64,000 bases of DNA from a virus (Duplodnaviria > Caudoviricetes): positions 1-64,000 of IMG/VR virus record IMGVR_UViG_2907202186_000003; one strand, written 5' to 3'. Under the pieces are notes generated by a model, which did not search any database, was not told where the DNA came from, and worked only from the letters and a program-made list of their open reading frames with translations. This document shows positions 52,930-63,260 of the stretch, one piece after another. Position 1 is the stretch's first letter; each line of letters begins with the position of its first letter. A program made the translations under genes and the position numbers.

Positions 52930-53607
52930 TCATCCCAACACTCCAAACAATACATCTAATTCATAATCGTACTGTGGTTTCAACGTATACAGTCTCTTAC
53001 CTGACTGTCTTGCATAACGAACACAATTACCCGTGCCACCCTTCGTTCCATCCCACGCAGCAACAATTGTCAGACTTTGATCGACCATATATTCATTGCG
53101 CTTCTGCATCTTAGCTACATGGTATTCACCTACAATAACACCATCCACTTTATAATCTGCTAACTCGTCCACATATACAACTTCATCAGCCATATCGAGC
53201 ATCTTCTTGTACCATATCTGAGTTTCACGATCATTCCATTTAGAAGCCTGATTCTTGAACGGTACGGCAACGATATTTTTAATGTTTGGGTAATATGTCT
53301 TTTTAAGTCTTCGCACAGTCCAGAATGCTATTTGATCAAAACCAATAGCGCCACCTGAAATGAATCGCTCAATTCCTTCATCTTCAATCAAGTCAATCAA
53401 TACAGGCTCAAGTTTGCTATGTATGTATTTAGACTGAACATCTGATAGACTGTAGCAATTGCCGAGTTTATTGGGTCGATGACCCGTGAAGCAAACCGTC
53501 TTACGTTCAAGCTTTTCTTTTAGTTGTTCTTGTTTGTGCCGTTCTTCTATTCTTCGCTTTAAATCTTCTCTTCCTTCTGGCGTATTGAGTTTGGCGAAGT
53601 CCACCAT
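52930..53607 (-). CDS. YspA/DUF1273 SLOG-family protein
   Basis: CFTGHRP, SGGAIGFDQ, RNEYMVD, WDG.KGGT. Confidence 0.88.
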   Translation of the reverse strand: MVDFAKLNTPEGREDLKRRIEERHKQEQLKEKLERKTVCFTGHRPNKLGNCYSLSDVQSKYIHSKLEPVLIDLIEDEGIERFISGGAIGFDQIAFWTVRRLKKTYYPNIKNIVAVPFKNQASKWNDRETQIWYKKMLDMADEVVYVDELADYKVDGVIVGEYHVAKMQKRNEYMVDQSLTIVAAWDGTKGGTGNCVRYARQSGKRLYTLKPQYDYELDVLFGVLG

Positions 53608-54147
53608 TAATCTTCAATTCCCCCTTCTAAATGAAACAACCCTTTTATCCTTACTTTTGTCCATTTAGTAATTGTGCGACTTTATCTGCGCATTCTTTAT
53701 CATAGAACGATGCGACTAACAAATCTTGATTATCATGATCGTAGAAATCTCCGTCTTTCTCATAAAGCTCAATTATTCCATTTCGATCATCCAATTGCTT
53801 TAACTCCTTTCTTAATCAAAAAACTCTTTTAAAGGAACTCTTCCTTAAACTTAAAATTAATTCAATATGTATATTCTCCTGTTTCTTTTTGAGTAAGCAA
53901 CTCTCCGTTAAGTCTTTTGAATTTTTTATCTTTCCGTTCTTTATTGATGCTTATGTTGCTAATATCGCATTTCATTAGGTTGTTCTTAATCAACGTCAGC
54001 ATTGCATCAATCAGTGCTTCTTTTTCTGCTTTGGTGTAATCAAGTTTCTCCAGTATTCAACCCTCCTTATTAATAATGGTGGTAAATAACTCCATTGAAG
54101 TCATTATACCACCAACATATTTATATGTATATATTTATTTTATAAAA

Positions 54148-54816
54148 CTACTCATTTAGTTTCCAATCGTATTTTTCACCACGCTCTGTTAATTGAATGA
54201 ATTCGATTGGTGCACCAGCGTCATCTACATAAATAAGCTTACCATTGGCTTCTGTCGTTCTAAGTAAATCTTTATACTCAGACCACTTAACTTCCTCTGT
54301 CGTTTTAATACAATCTGGATTGTTTTCTTTAACATATTGGACAAATAATTCATCGTCTTTGGCCTTTGCCGGTTCTTTGCCATTGATCAAAATTACTGGG
54401 GATTGCACTTTACTGGTCAAGTTTCTATACGGTAATTTAATTGTCTTGCTTAATTTCTTTTCTTTCTTATTTTTTGCCTTCAGCTCTTCGTTCTCTGACT
54501 TCTCTTGTTCAAGTGTTTTCTTGTGCCATAAGTGCAAATGTTCTTTGAAGAATGTAATATCATCTTTATCTTTTTTAGTTGCTTCCTGCTTCCATTGTTC
54601 CAACTTCTCAATCTTAGCCTTTAATACCTCAATGTTACTATTCGCTACTTTCTCAACCTCTGCAGCTTTAACTTCTTTTTCGTGGATCTTCTCATCTGCC
54701 CAGACAGCCAACTCAAGAGTGGTAATTTTCCAGGTTGGATCTTGATGTAACTGATATGTATCGTCTTGCTCATCAATAATGTTCTCAATTTCATTTTGAA
54801 AATTATAAGCGTTCAT
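54148..54816 (-). CDS. Gam-like host-nuclease inhibitor
   Basis: WKIT..E.A.WA, long coiled coil, KTIKLPY, EVKW. Confidence 0.7.
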   Translation of the reverse strand: MNAYNFQNEIENIIDEQDDTYQLHQDPTWKITTLELAVWADEKIHEKEVKAAEVEKVANSNIEVLKAKIEKLEQWKQEATKKDKDDITFFKEHLHLWHKKTLEQEKSENEELKAKNKKEKKLSKTIKLPYRNLTSKVQSPVILINGKEPAKAKDDELFVQYVKENNPDCIKTTEEVKWSEYKDLLRTTEANGKLIYVDDAGAPIEFIQLTERGEKYDWKLNE

Positions 54817-54852
54817 TTATTCAATCTCCTCTAATATGTATTTGGATAAAAG

Positions 54853-55470
54853 TTATGTTTCACTAAGATTACTTTGGAACCCACTTTTCAGTACGACTTC
54901 ATCAAAATTATTAATGATTTGATAGCGAGATACTTGGAACCTTTCTGCCCACTGTTGTATTGTTTGTGTTTTATCGTTAAGTGTGATATATGTACATGTA
55001 GTTCTGTTGTTGCCTTGTGTTTTCATATCGACCCATCTGCAATTGCTAGGCTTATAGTCACCATTAACATCAATTCTATCAATAGTGAGACCATCACTAT
55101 AGCCATTTTCAGTTGCCCAATTATAAAAAATCATAAAATCCTCAAGCCAGGTTGAGCATATCTTAACTCCTTTCCCGCCGTAATATTTATAATTTTTATT
55201 TTTACTATTAAGACACTTTGACTTTATATCACACCATACGCTATAAAGCTTATTATCAGATAATCCATGTGTAATATTCACAATTTTTTTATAGCATCCA
55301 CACGATACGGTGTTCTCTTTTAACAATGCATTCGATGAGACAAGTTTTTCGTTCCCGCAATCACATTTACATAACCACATTATATTTCTGGAACTATCTC
55401 TTTCTTCAGTTGGTCGAATTGCAACCAACTTATAGAATCTTATATTTGCTAAATCTTTTTTGGAACCCAT
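54853..55470 (-). CDS. HNH-type (homing-like) endonuclease
   Basis: WLCKCDCG, SCGC, YGGKG, TIDRIDVNGDY.PSNCRW. Confidence 0.85.
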   Translation of the reverse strand: MGSKKDLANIRFYKLVAIRPTEERDSSRNIMWLCKCDCGNEKLVSSNALLKENTVSCGCYKKIVNITHGLSDNKLYSVWCDIKSKCLNSKNKNYKYYGGKGVKICSTWLEDFMIFYNWATENGYSDGLTIDRIDVNGDYKPSNCRWVDMKTQGNNRTTCTYITLNDKTQTIQQWAERFQVSRYQIINNFDEVVLKSGFQSNLSET

Positions 55471-55701
55471 TTTTTCACCACTACATCCTTTAACTCAACC
55501 TCTACACAGTCAACTTCGGTTTGCCCATCCCATGGTGATTCATCTTGCATTTCAGTAGCTCCTTCAGAATAATGTGTTTGATAGAATTTACCTTCATGCT
55601 CAAATACAATCTTATGATGAATGCTCCATCTTGAAGTATCTGTAATTTCATCGACCATAGCACTGTACGGCAAATCCAATTCATTTTTCAAATAACTCTT
55701 T

Positions 55702-56604
55702 TTAAACTTCATCTAAAATCACTCCATATCCTTTACAGTGTTCGCATTCAACTAATGGTTTATTGATTACAATCATTAATTCATCCAAGAATTTTTGGAT
55801 AATATCTTTTAAATCATCTTCATTCTTTCCTTCAAATGGCTCAATTACCGGATATGTCTGGTATGATTTGGGGGCAGTTTCATAAACCTTAACAGTTCGA
55901 GAACGGCTATATCTTGTTTCGTATTTCGGTTTTCGCTTTCCAACGTCTACTCGATATGATTCTGGAGCATGTTCAATCTTCTTAGAAACAGAAAGACAAA
56001 AATCATAATCACTTGTAACAGATGCATACTTACTATCTATATTAGCTTTTATATATTTTCTTACGATATTAAAGCTCTCTTGTCGGGATAATTTGCAAGG
56101 TTTTGTTGAGAGAAGAATAGGATGAGTTGTAATATGATCTAGGATTGAGTGCTGCAACTGAAAGTCGCTTCTTACGATTTCAAAATCTTCTAACTCAGCA
56201 ATTACATTTAGTTCAAATTCAACATTTTCCAATCCTGGTTCAGTCAAATCGAATTTCCGTTCATATAACCCATATACAGACTCATATTGACCAGTATCCT
56301 CATCAAAATCAGAATACTGTAGTACCTTTGGCAAACCCGTATTGTAGTGTACTTCCTTAAGTTCGTACCGTACATTGATTTGTTCTGCTGGAAGACTTCT
56401 TTGAATCGTTGTTGGCACACAAGGAACCTCAAACCAGTCACTCTTATATGTATTTTCAGGTTTTGATCCATCAAAAATTAGATCTTTAATTCTAGAATAA
56501 AAATATGAATCATTATTGATATTATCAGAAACATAGACTTTAGATTTAGTTTTTATGGCAATCAATTTTAGACTTTCGCTTGCCGGTGCTTTTCCTCTAT
56601 TCAA
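55702..56604 (-). CDS. hypothetical protein with C-terminal CxxCxG
   Basis: 300-aa ORF; TSDYDFC, CEHCKGYG. Confidence 0.7.
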   Translation of the reverse strand: MNRGKAPASESLKLIAIKTKSKVYVSDNINNDSYFYSRIKDLIFDGSKPENTYKSDWFEVPCVPTTIQRSLPAEQINVRYELKEVHYNTGLPKVLQYSDFDEDTGQYESVYGLYERKFDLTEPGLENVEFELNVIAELEDFEIVRSDFQLQHSILDHITTHPILLSTKPCKLSRQESFNIVRKYIKANIDSKYASVTSDYDFCLSVSKKIEHAPESYRVDVGKRKPKYETRYSRSRTVKVYETAPKSYQTYPVIEPFEGKNEDDLKDIIQKFLDELMIVINKPLVECEHCKGYGVILDEV

Positions 56605-56648
56605 ATTAACATCTCTCTTTCTTAATAAAATTTACATCTCATGCAGAT

Positions 56649-57170
56649 TTAGACCCACTCGACTTTACGTTCAATTCTAGTTTTCTTAACTATTTGCTTT
56701 TGGTGCCATTGTCCACACCAATTACATTTTCTTGTGTTATTCACGTATGTATATCTACTGTCTGTCCCTAGCATCCAACCATTATGTTCGGGGTCGAAAA
56801 TGCAACGACCAATCTTCTCATATGTATCAAAAAACCAATCTGTAACGTCTAGTAAGTCTTCTTCTTTCCAAGGACATAAAGAGATAAATTCACAATTTCC
56901 TTTTTGAAGAACAGTATTCATAAAGTATCCCGTGAATTTATCTCCGTAAGGGCTGATGATTAATTGCATAAGGTTTGAAACATCTTTGGTAAAAGGAAGG
57001 TGTTCTCCGTCCCATCTGCTATGATGATTCCAATATATTCTCAATTGGTTATTAATATATTTATCCTTAGCAATTTTGTTTAAAAACCTATAAAGGTTCC
57101 AACTATATTTATCAGATTCGCCTTTGAGCTTAGGTTTAATTTTACTTAGATTCACTCTTCTCCTCCTCAT
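56649..57170 (-). CDS. hypothetical protein (Cys/His motifs)
   Basis: GRCIFD..H, CNWCG. Confidence 0.65.
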   Translation of the reverse strand: MRRRRVNLSKIKPKLKGESDKYSWNLYRFLNKIAKDKYINNQLRIYWNHHSRWDGEHLPFTKDVSNLMQLIISPYGDKFTGYFMNTVLQKGNCEFISLCPWKEEDLLDVTDWFFDTYEKIGRCIFDPEHNGWMLGTDSRYTYVNNTRKCNWCGQWHQKQIVKKTRIERKVEWV

Positions 57171-57926
57171 TTCTTAATGAAAGTCCTCTTTCATCACCAT
57201 ATCCTTTGGCTTGCCTCATCAAGTAAGTGTTTAATCTCTTCAAGAGTGTTGTCGGCATTCGACTCCCACTCAGCAACTTCTTCTGCTGTTGCTTGTACTC
57301 CTAGATTTTGAAATAATCCACCTAGAAGTCGGATCTGATTAGATGCTTCAGCAAACCTTTCGAGGAATTCCTTGTCTGTATTAATGTTATATTTAATCAT
57401 TTCCAACACTCCCCTTTCTAATTAAAATTTCTATTTCATTCGCTCTTGATAAACTCTTGTAAAGCTTCAACTATCTTTCTTGCTTCTTCTTTATTTACAT
57501 GTAACGCCTCTCGTCTAATAGGTTCATTGGCATGCTCATCAAATTGAATCCACACGCAATGCTCTGTAGCAAAACTACTTTCCACTATACAAACATCACC
57601 ATTATATTTACTATGAAATTCCGTGAAAACTGGAAAGCCTCTGCTTGTGTATCTAATTGGCAAATTACTCACTCCCTATGAAATTACAATTTCATCTTCT
57701 CTTCGTCATGCTTCTTCTCTCTGTAAAAATCGGCCACAAATTCCAATTCACCATTACTCTCGTTGAACGTTGGTCTTAGTTTCCGATGCACACCATATCC
57801 ATTCTCTTCACAAATCTTCTTCTGAACGATTTCACCAATTTCCTTAAGCGTAAATTTGATTACAATATTTTCGTACAATCTATAACCACCTCACTTTCGA
57901 ATAAAATCACGAATTTATCAAAAATC

Positions 57927-58484
57927 TTATTCCTCTTCCTCATACCACCTTCTGCCGTATTTGGCATAATCGATGCTCATTAGTTTCGTGTGTTCTCTAT
58001 GCCACCTATCCCTTTCTTCCTCAGTCTTCTTCAGTCTTCTTTTAATTCCATTTAGATATTCAGGATCTGCGCTTTTATAAAGTTTGTCTGCTTCTCTAGA
58101 TAATGACCGAATAAGAGAATCTTTAAGTGTTTTCTCTTCAACACCTAACCCTTGTCTCTTTGCCTTCTTTGCTGAATAATTGCCATCCAGAATAACTCCG
58201 ATGTGAGAGGGGATATCATCTTTTACTTGTTCGTATAACTCCTTTGGCATCACAAAGTAATTAAAATGTCCTACAAAAGTCTTTTTAGCCGAGCTGTAGA
58301 AATCCGATTTGGACACTTTAATTTCGTAGCAGCGCCAAGTCCCTTTTGTGTCATAAGTAATATAGTCAACTCTTTCTGCTCCAAACCAGCCTATTGTTAC
58401 TTCAAAACAACCAAATGTTCCCTGCTTATTAGTGTATTCATATAAAGCCTTCTCAATCTTTTGAGTTAACTCAGTCTTTGCTAT
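57927..58484 (-). CDS. MmcB-like PD-(D/E)XK nuclease
   Basis: In-frame extension from ATA at 58484 (AAGGAGG RBS) adds FEV...RVD...YEIKVSKSDF. Confidence 0.65.
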   Translation of the reverse strand: MAKTELTQKIEKALYEYTNKQGTFGCFEVTIGWFGAERVDYITYDTKGTWRCYEIKVSKSDFYSSAKKTFVGHFNYFVMPKELYEQVKDDIPSHIGVILDGNYSAKKAKRQGLGVEEKTLKDSLIRSLSREADKLYKSADPEYLNGIKRRLKKTEEERDRWHREHTKLMSIDYAKYGRRWYEEEE

Positions 58485-60167
58485 TCCGCTCCCTCCTTTC
58501 TCTAAGAAATTCTCATTTTATTGATACATATGTATTTTTATTTTCTATGTAGGTTTTTCTTAGCTCGTTCGCTTGCTGCTTGACGTTGCTCTTCAGTCAT
58601 CTCGCGTTCCTTACCAGAGCGGAAAGACACCTGGTTAAACTTTAGGTCTTTATAATAATGACCTCCCTCAGCTCCCACTTTGTATGGCTCTGCTCCTACT
58701 TTGCGCAATTTTGTAATGATTGTAGGCTGCATTGTGTACACTGTCCAAGTCTTACAATCGTCATCTGATCTAATAAGTGTTTCTCTTTCCTCAGCTAATG
58801 CCATACAAATCCTCCCTAAATCTTAATTTCATCACCTAATTGGTATCTAAGTCAATTCGCAATCGATTATTTACGTGACCACAAATTTTACAAACCTTTT
58901 CATGAGTAAACCAGTCAACTTGTTTGACTTCCACTAGTTCATACTCATGCTTTTCTTAGTCATAAACTACCTTCACACCTCTTTTAACAGAGACAATATT
59001 ACCTTAAGGTCATTTACCTTTTCTTTATAAATGTCAATGCGATTTTGGATTAACGACAGCTTATATTCCAAACTATCTCGCTCATTCACTAATTGTGGTA
59101 GGAAATTGTCATAATGTTCTAGTTGTTGTTGAATATAACTTTTTGCTGCATCAATGCTCATCTTCTTCTCCTTTAAGATGAAAGTTTCATTTTACTTAAA
59201 TTCATTCTGGATTGCTTTAAAGAATTCTTCACTAATTTCAATACGGCTGGCCACATTCCAATCATCAAGTTGCATGTAATACTTCCCTTCAGATTCTAAA
59301 GCAATTACTTCGCCATAATAATTAGATAGTCCAAGCAAAATAGGAGATGTTTCCATTTTAATCATCCTCATTTCTTGATACTGGATTTTAATTTAAATAA
59401 TTGGTGACCTCGAACACACATCTTCCCATTCGCTTTTGCATTCCTCGTCGCTTAACAGGAGCAACTCTTGGTGATTGTAACCTATGAGGAGCAACAACTC
59501 TCTATAAATATCCAAGATAATCAACCCTCCTCAAACAAACACCATTCCAACTTTATTCAACCTTACATACTTGCCCTTTTTAATGATTGTCTCGTTTGTA
59601 TCTATGGGAAATACTTGATTAACGAAATATGTATCAGAAGAAAACAAATCATCTGTGGAATTTAAATATCTAACTCCTTCGCCATCCTTGATAACTATTG
59701 AGAATTGCTGTAAATCTTCTAATGCTATTAAATCGCCTCTTTGCGGATAGGGTGATAGTATCTGCATTTATTTACCTCCTCTAACCTTCTCTAGAGCAAC
59801 TACAACTACTCATTTGCCCATCATCAAGTTCCGCTGCATTAACAAACGCTAAAACCGATTTTGCTAACTGCTCTGCATCATTCCTTGTAAAATGTTCTCT
59901 AATAAAAATCTCCACTATTTCTTCGTAATCATTAGATTTCATAAACCACCTCTTCAAACGAAATGCTGATTTAGTTAAAAGTTAAACTTAATATTCATCT
60001 CTGTCTGTTCTTTCTAAAAGATACGCCTTTAATTCTTCTAGTGAAATTTTCCTAGAATGATCTCTTGAATACCATTCCCCATTATCATAGAAAACTACTT
60101 CTTTGCCGTAATCCCTATCCAACACTTCCTTGATCATGCGGACATATGCCATCAACTCGTTCAAACA

Positions 60168-60701
60168 TCATTCTCCTTTCATCAAGTCAAAATCAAACTG
60201 ACTCAATATATTTAACAATCGTTCAACTTTTGGTGCTCTCCAGGCCGTCATTGCATATGTATGTGCCTTACTTGTATAGTGATAGTGATTAAATCTTAAG
60301 TGTGTTTTTGCTTCTTCTTTTGTTAGAAACATAGTGTTAGGGACAATAAATTCTTCTTCTTTAACAAAGACTGAACCAAAGTATCCATTATCGTTCATGT
60401 TGTCTATGATGTATTGCCAAAGGAAATCAAAGTCGTCTTCACTCAAATACCATCTTACTTCATCATCAATTTCTTCTTCGTAATATTCTTCAATAAACTC
60501 TTTCAGATCATTAAAACTCTTAAATACCACATGATCTCCATCGTTATGGAAATATTCATACTCTCCACAATCGTAATCTTCGTGTCCAGGGATTTTTCTA
60601 TAATCCATAATCACCCAGAAGCGCGGTGCAGCCTGAAAATCATGTTCTTGGGTGTTTAGTTCCTGCTGCAGTTCCTTCAAAAATTGAATATCTTCGTTCA
60701 T
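60168..60701 (-). CDS. hypothetical phage protein
   Basis: 177 aa; QA.PRFW, MFLTK.EA..H, YAMTAWR; AAGGAG RBS. Confidence 0.7.
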   Translation of the reverse strand: MNEDIQFLKELQQELNTQEHDFQAAPRFWVIMDYRKIPGHEDYDCGEYEYFHNDGDHVVFKSFNDLKEFIEEYYEEEIDDEVRWYLSEDDFDFLWQYIIDNMNDNGYFGSVFVKEEEFIVPNTMFLTKEEAKTHLRFNHYHYTSKAHTYAMTAWRAPKVERLLNILSQFDFDLMKGE

Positions 60702-62105
60702 TTACACGCTCCTTTTCTTAATGAAGTATCAATTTTAATCACTATTTCAGTCAAAAGTTTCGATTACGGATTCTTCTAACTTTATTTCTCTTATGAATTT
60801 CAATAATTCTTCCTTTTTCATCTGGGAGCATACGAGCTTCGACCTTCATAATATAATCAGTTGTGATTGATCTTGGAATGTGATGGTTGCGATAAGAGCA
60901 ATCTGATTTTTTATCTATCTCTATCGGAAAATCTTTTAACCTCTTGATTCTTATATCAAAAGTGCCCTCTGTATTTGTATCTTTATAGCCTCTCATTATT
61001 AAAGCGTATGTATCATCTTTATTTTTCTTAATTGTTATTTCATCGAACAAAACTTTTATCCTCCCACGGAGCAAAGTTGTCCTCTGATGTATCTTCTTTT
61101 ACATAGCCGCCCAATTCTTTATATCTCTTTTCCAATTTATTCATTAGCTCTGATTCTTCATCAGATAGTCCAAATGATACCTGTTCTCTATCCAGTAAAA
61201 GAAGAATAAGCTTCAACTCATTTACATCTAAATCCAAAATAACATCTCCTCTTAAAATCCTAGTTTCATCAAAACTTAACCTGTAGCCTATCCTGAACAG
61301 ACAAGTCTAAATATTCATATTTCAACATCTTTCTTCCGATTAATTCAAACACCATAGCTTTATATGTAGGAGCATTGTTCAAAAAATTTTCTCCCTTGTG
61401 CCCCTCTCTTCTTTCACACAAGTGAATACAGTTTAAAAGATGCAAATCACGCATATCGGAAATGACAAGCCTTTTCCCTTCAGCAGTTACCCATACCAAT
61501 TCATTGACCTTGGACTTGTTATAGCGAAAATCCATTCGTTCTAATTCTTTATTTAAATAATACTCAGCCATTTCAGCCAAAACTTATCTATAACTCCTTT
61601 CTCGATGAAATACAGGTTTTACTTAGTTTTTATTTTACTCTGATATAGTTCCACAAGTTCTACATCACTTAGCAACCTCAAATCGTTCAAGCGAAGTTTG
61701 TGATTAATTACTAGTTTGCTTATTATCAAGTGCCTATCTGTGTTATTAAGAAATAACAATTCTGGAAACATAAATATCAACTTCCCGCTAATTTGTCTAT
61801 AAACTCCTGAACCTTTAAACCAAATTCCTTCCTTGCCTCTAGTGCTGCCTGTATCACATGGTTCACGTCTCGATTATTCTCCAATACATCACTAACTAAG
61901 TCTTCAATGGATGTCTCGGATATGTATTTGATGGTTTTCAAACGCTTCATTAAAATTTCTCCATCTCATTTTCAACGACTTCTTTGATATCCTCTAACTT
62001 ATCCCTCAGTTCCTGCAACTCACTATAGCTGCAGTCTCCATCTTCAAGGTATCTGAACAACTCAGCGAACCGCTCAAAGTTTACTGACATCAATTTACTC
62101 ACTCC

Positions 62106-62630
62106 TTAATTGGAATTTTCAACTTTCATAATGTACTCGATAATGTTTACTGCTTTATCGAACTCATAGTTAATGACTTGGTAATCAAATCTCTTCTTCC
62201 GGAATTTAAGGCCATCTCCATTAATCCGCGAAAGCATCTGATCGACATCATCTCCACGTACGAACATTCTCTTCATTCGGGCTTTCTTATCTACCTTGAG
62301 ATAAATAGTTACGAACTCAATATCTTTAACATTTTCCTTGAGATATGTAATTCCGTCAGGATCAATTACATATATATCTGTCTCATTTAACTGCTTCTTC
62401 GTACTAAAATAATGATTTCCATCAAAATATGTATAAGCTGCTATATCATCATTCTCTTTAAATTTCTCGTACTCTTCATAACTGCAAAAAGTGTGACCCC
62501 ATTCATTTTCACTTCGAGGACTTCTTGTTGTATAGGATTGCAGCACATTGTATCCTTTTTGCTCAAGTGCTTTGGCTACCTCTGTCTTACCGGCTCCAGA
62601 GTAAGCCATTAAACAATAGACTTTCTTCAT
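62106..62630 (-). CDS. gmk: guanylate kinase-like protein
   Basis: YSGAGKT, SYTTRSPR, VIDPDG, RGD. Confidence 0.85.
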   Translation of the reverse strand: MKKVYCLMAYSGAGKTEVAKALEQKGYNVLQSYTTRSPRSENEWGHTFCSYEEYEKFKENDDIAAYTYFDGNHYFSTKKQLNETDIYVIDPDGITYLKENVKDIEFVTIYLKVDKKARMKRMFVRGDDVDQMLSRINGDGLKFRKKRFDYQVINYEFDKAVNIIEYIMKVENSN

Positions 62631-63160
62631 TTCTTCACACCCATTTTAATTATTTTAACTTTCAATTTTTGTTTTCCAAATTGAATTGCCCTTTTATGAC
62701 TATCGAAATACAAATCAAGCCGCGCGCCCTTAATTGCTCCCCCAGTATCAGTAACTACACGCTCTCCAACATTCTCTATGTAAATAACCGTTCCCAACGG
62801 TAAAACTCTCGGATCGGCGCTTACTGTGCGTCCTTCAATGGTCTTTTCTCCGCTTTTGGTAATGCCGTAATCCTTATCACCTGGACGTTTTTGCGTGGAC
62901 TTGTATCCGTTATCATAAGCGGTAACAATGTAAGTTTTCCATTCCGTTTCAGATTTGCTGGAATTATTTACGTTCTTCTGTACCTCTTCTTCCTTCTGTT
63001 CTTGCTTAACCACTATTTCTGACTTCTCCAACGTCTCAACTTGAACACTTTGCTTATGTATAGTGTTTGCTGCCTCCTGTGCCTTCATAACACTCTCTAA
63101 TTCAGTCTTATTTGCTGATAGTGTTAGTAGCAAGAAGAGAATAAAACTTCCCATAATCAC
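62627..63160 (-). CDS. 3D-domain cell-wall protein
   Basis: Signal/TM segment; VTAY, SADP, DTGGAIKG.RLDLY. Confidence 0.88.
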   Translation of the reverse strand: MIMGSFILFLLLTLSANKTELESVMKAQEAANTIHKQSVQVETLEKSEIVVKQEQKEEEVQKNVNNSSKSETEWKTYIVTAYDNGYKSTQKRPGDKDYGITKSGEKTIEGRTVSADPRVLPLGTVIYIENVGERVVTDTGGAIKGARLDLYFDSHKRAIQFGKQKLKVKIIKMGVKK

Positions 63161-63260
63161 GCTCCTGGTTGATTAGATAATTAAATTTAAGCCCCACTCT
63201 TACAAGTGAGGCTATTTACTATACTTCTTGATAAACTCTGTCTTTCATTAAAACTATGTA

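Larger units (their letters stand above)
4874..63248. repeat. Dispersed 18-bp palindrome AT[A/G/C]AAA-N6-TTT[T/C/G]AT at accessory-gene junctions (~50 copies)
   Basis: Exact copies start at 7832, 8493, 9337, 12927, 20356, 21243, 21480, 22297, 22566, 23851, 29302, 30821, 30999, 35522, 35913, 36231, 37985, 39556, 39731, 40726, 41254, 41782, 42382, 50715, 51499, 51748, 52916, 53631, 57177. One-mismatch copies at 4874, 7054, 20835, 22978, 23637, 31425, 37403, 52604, 53815, 54846, 56625, 57422, 57901, 58504, 59178, 61252, 61605, 63231. More degenerate copies at 13683, 27110 (N5), 59958, 60721. Confidence 0.92.

Noticed and set aside
4874-63248. Palindrome array as CRISPR repeats or intrinsic terminators
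   Set aside because: Spacing is irregular and gene-sized, the centre is variable, no cas genes are present, and the stems are AT-only, non-covarying and lack U-tails.
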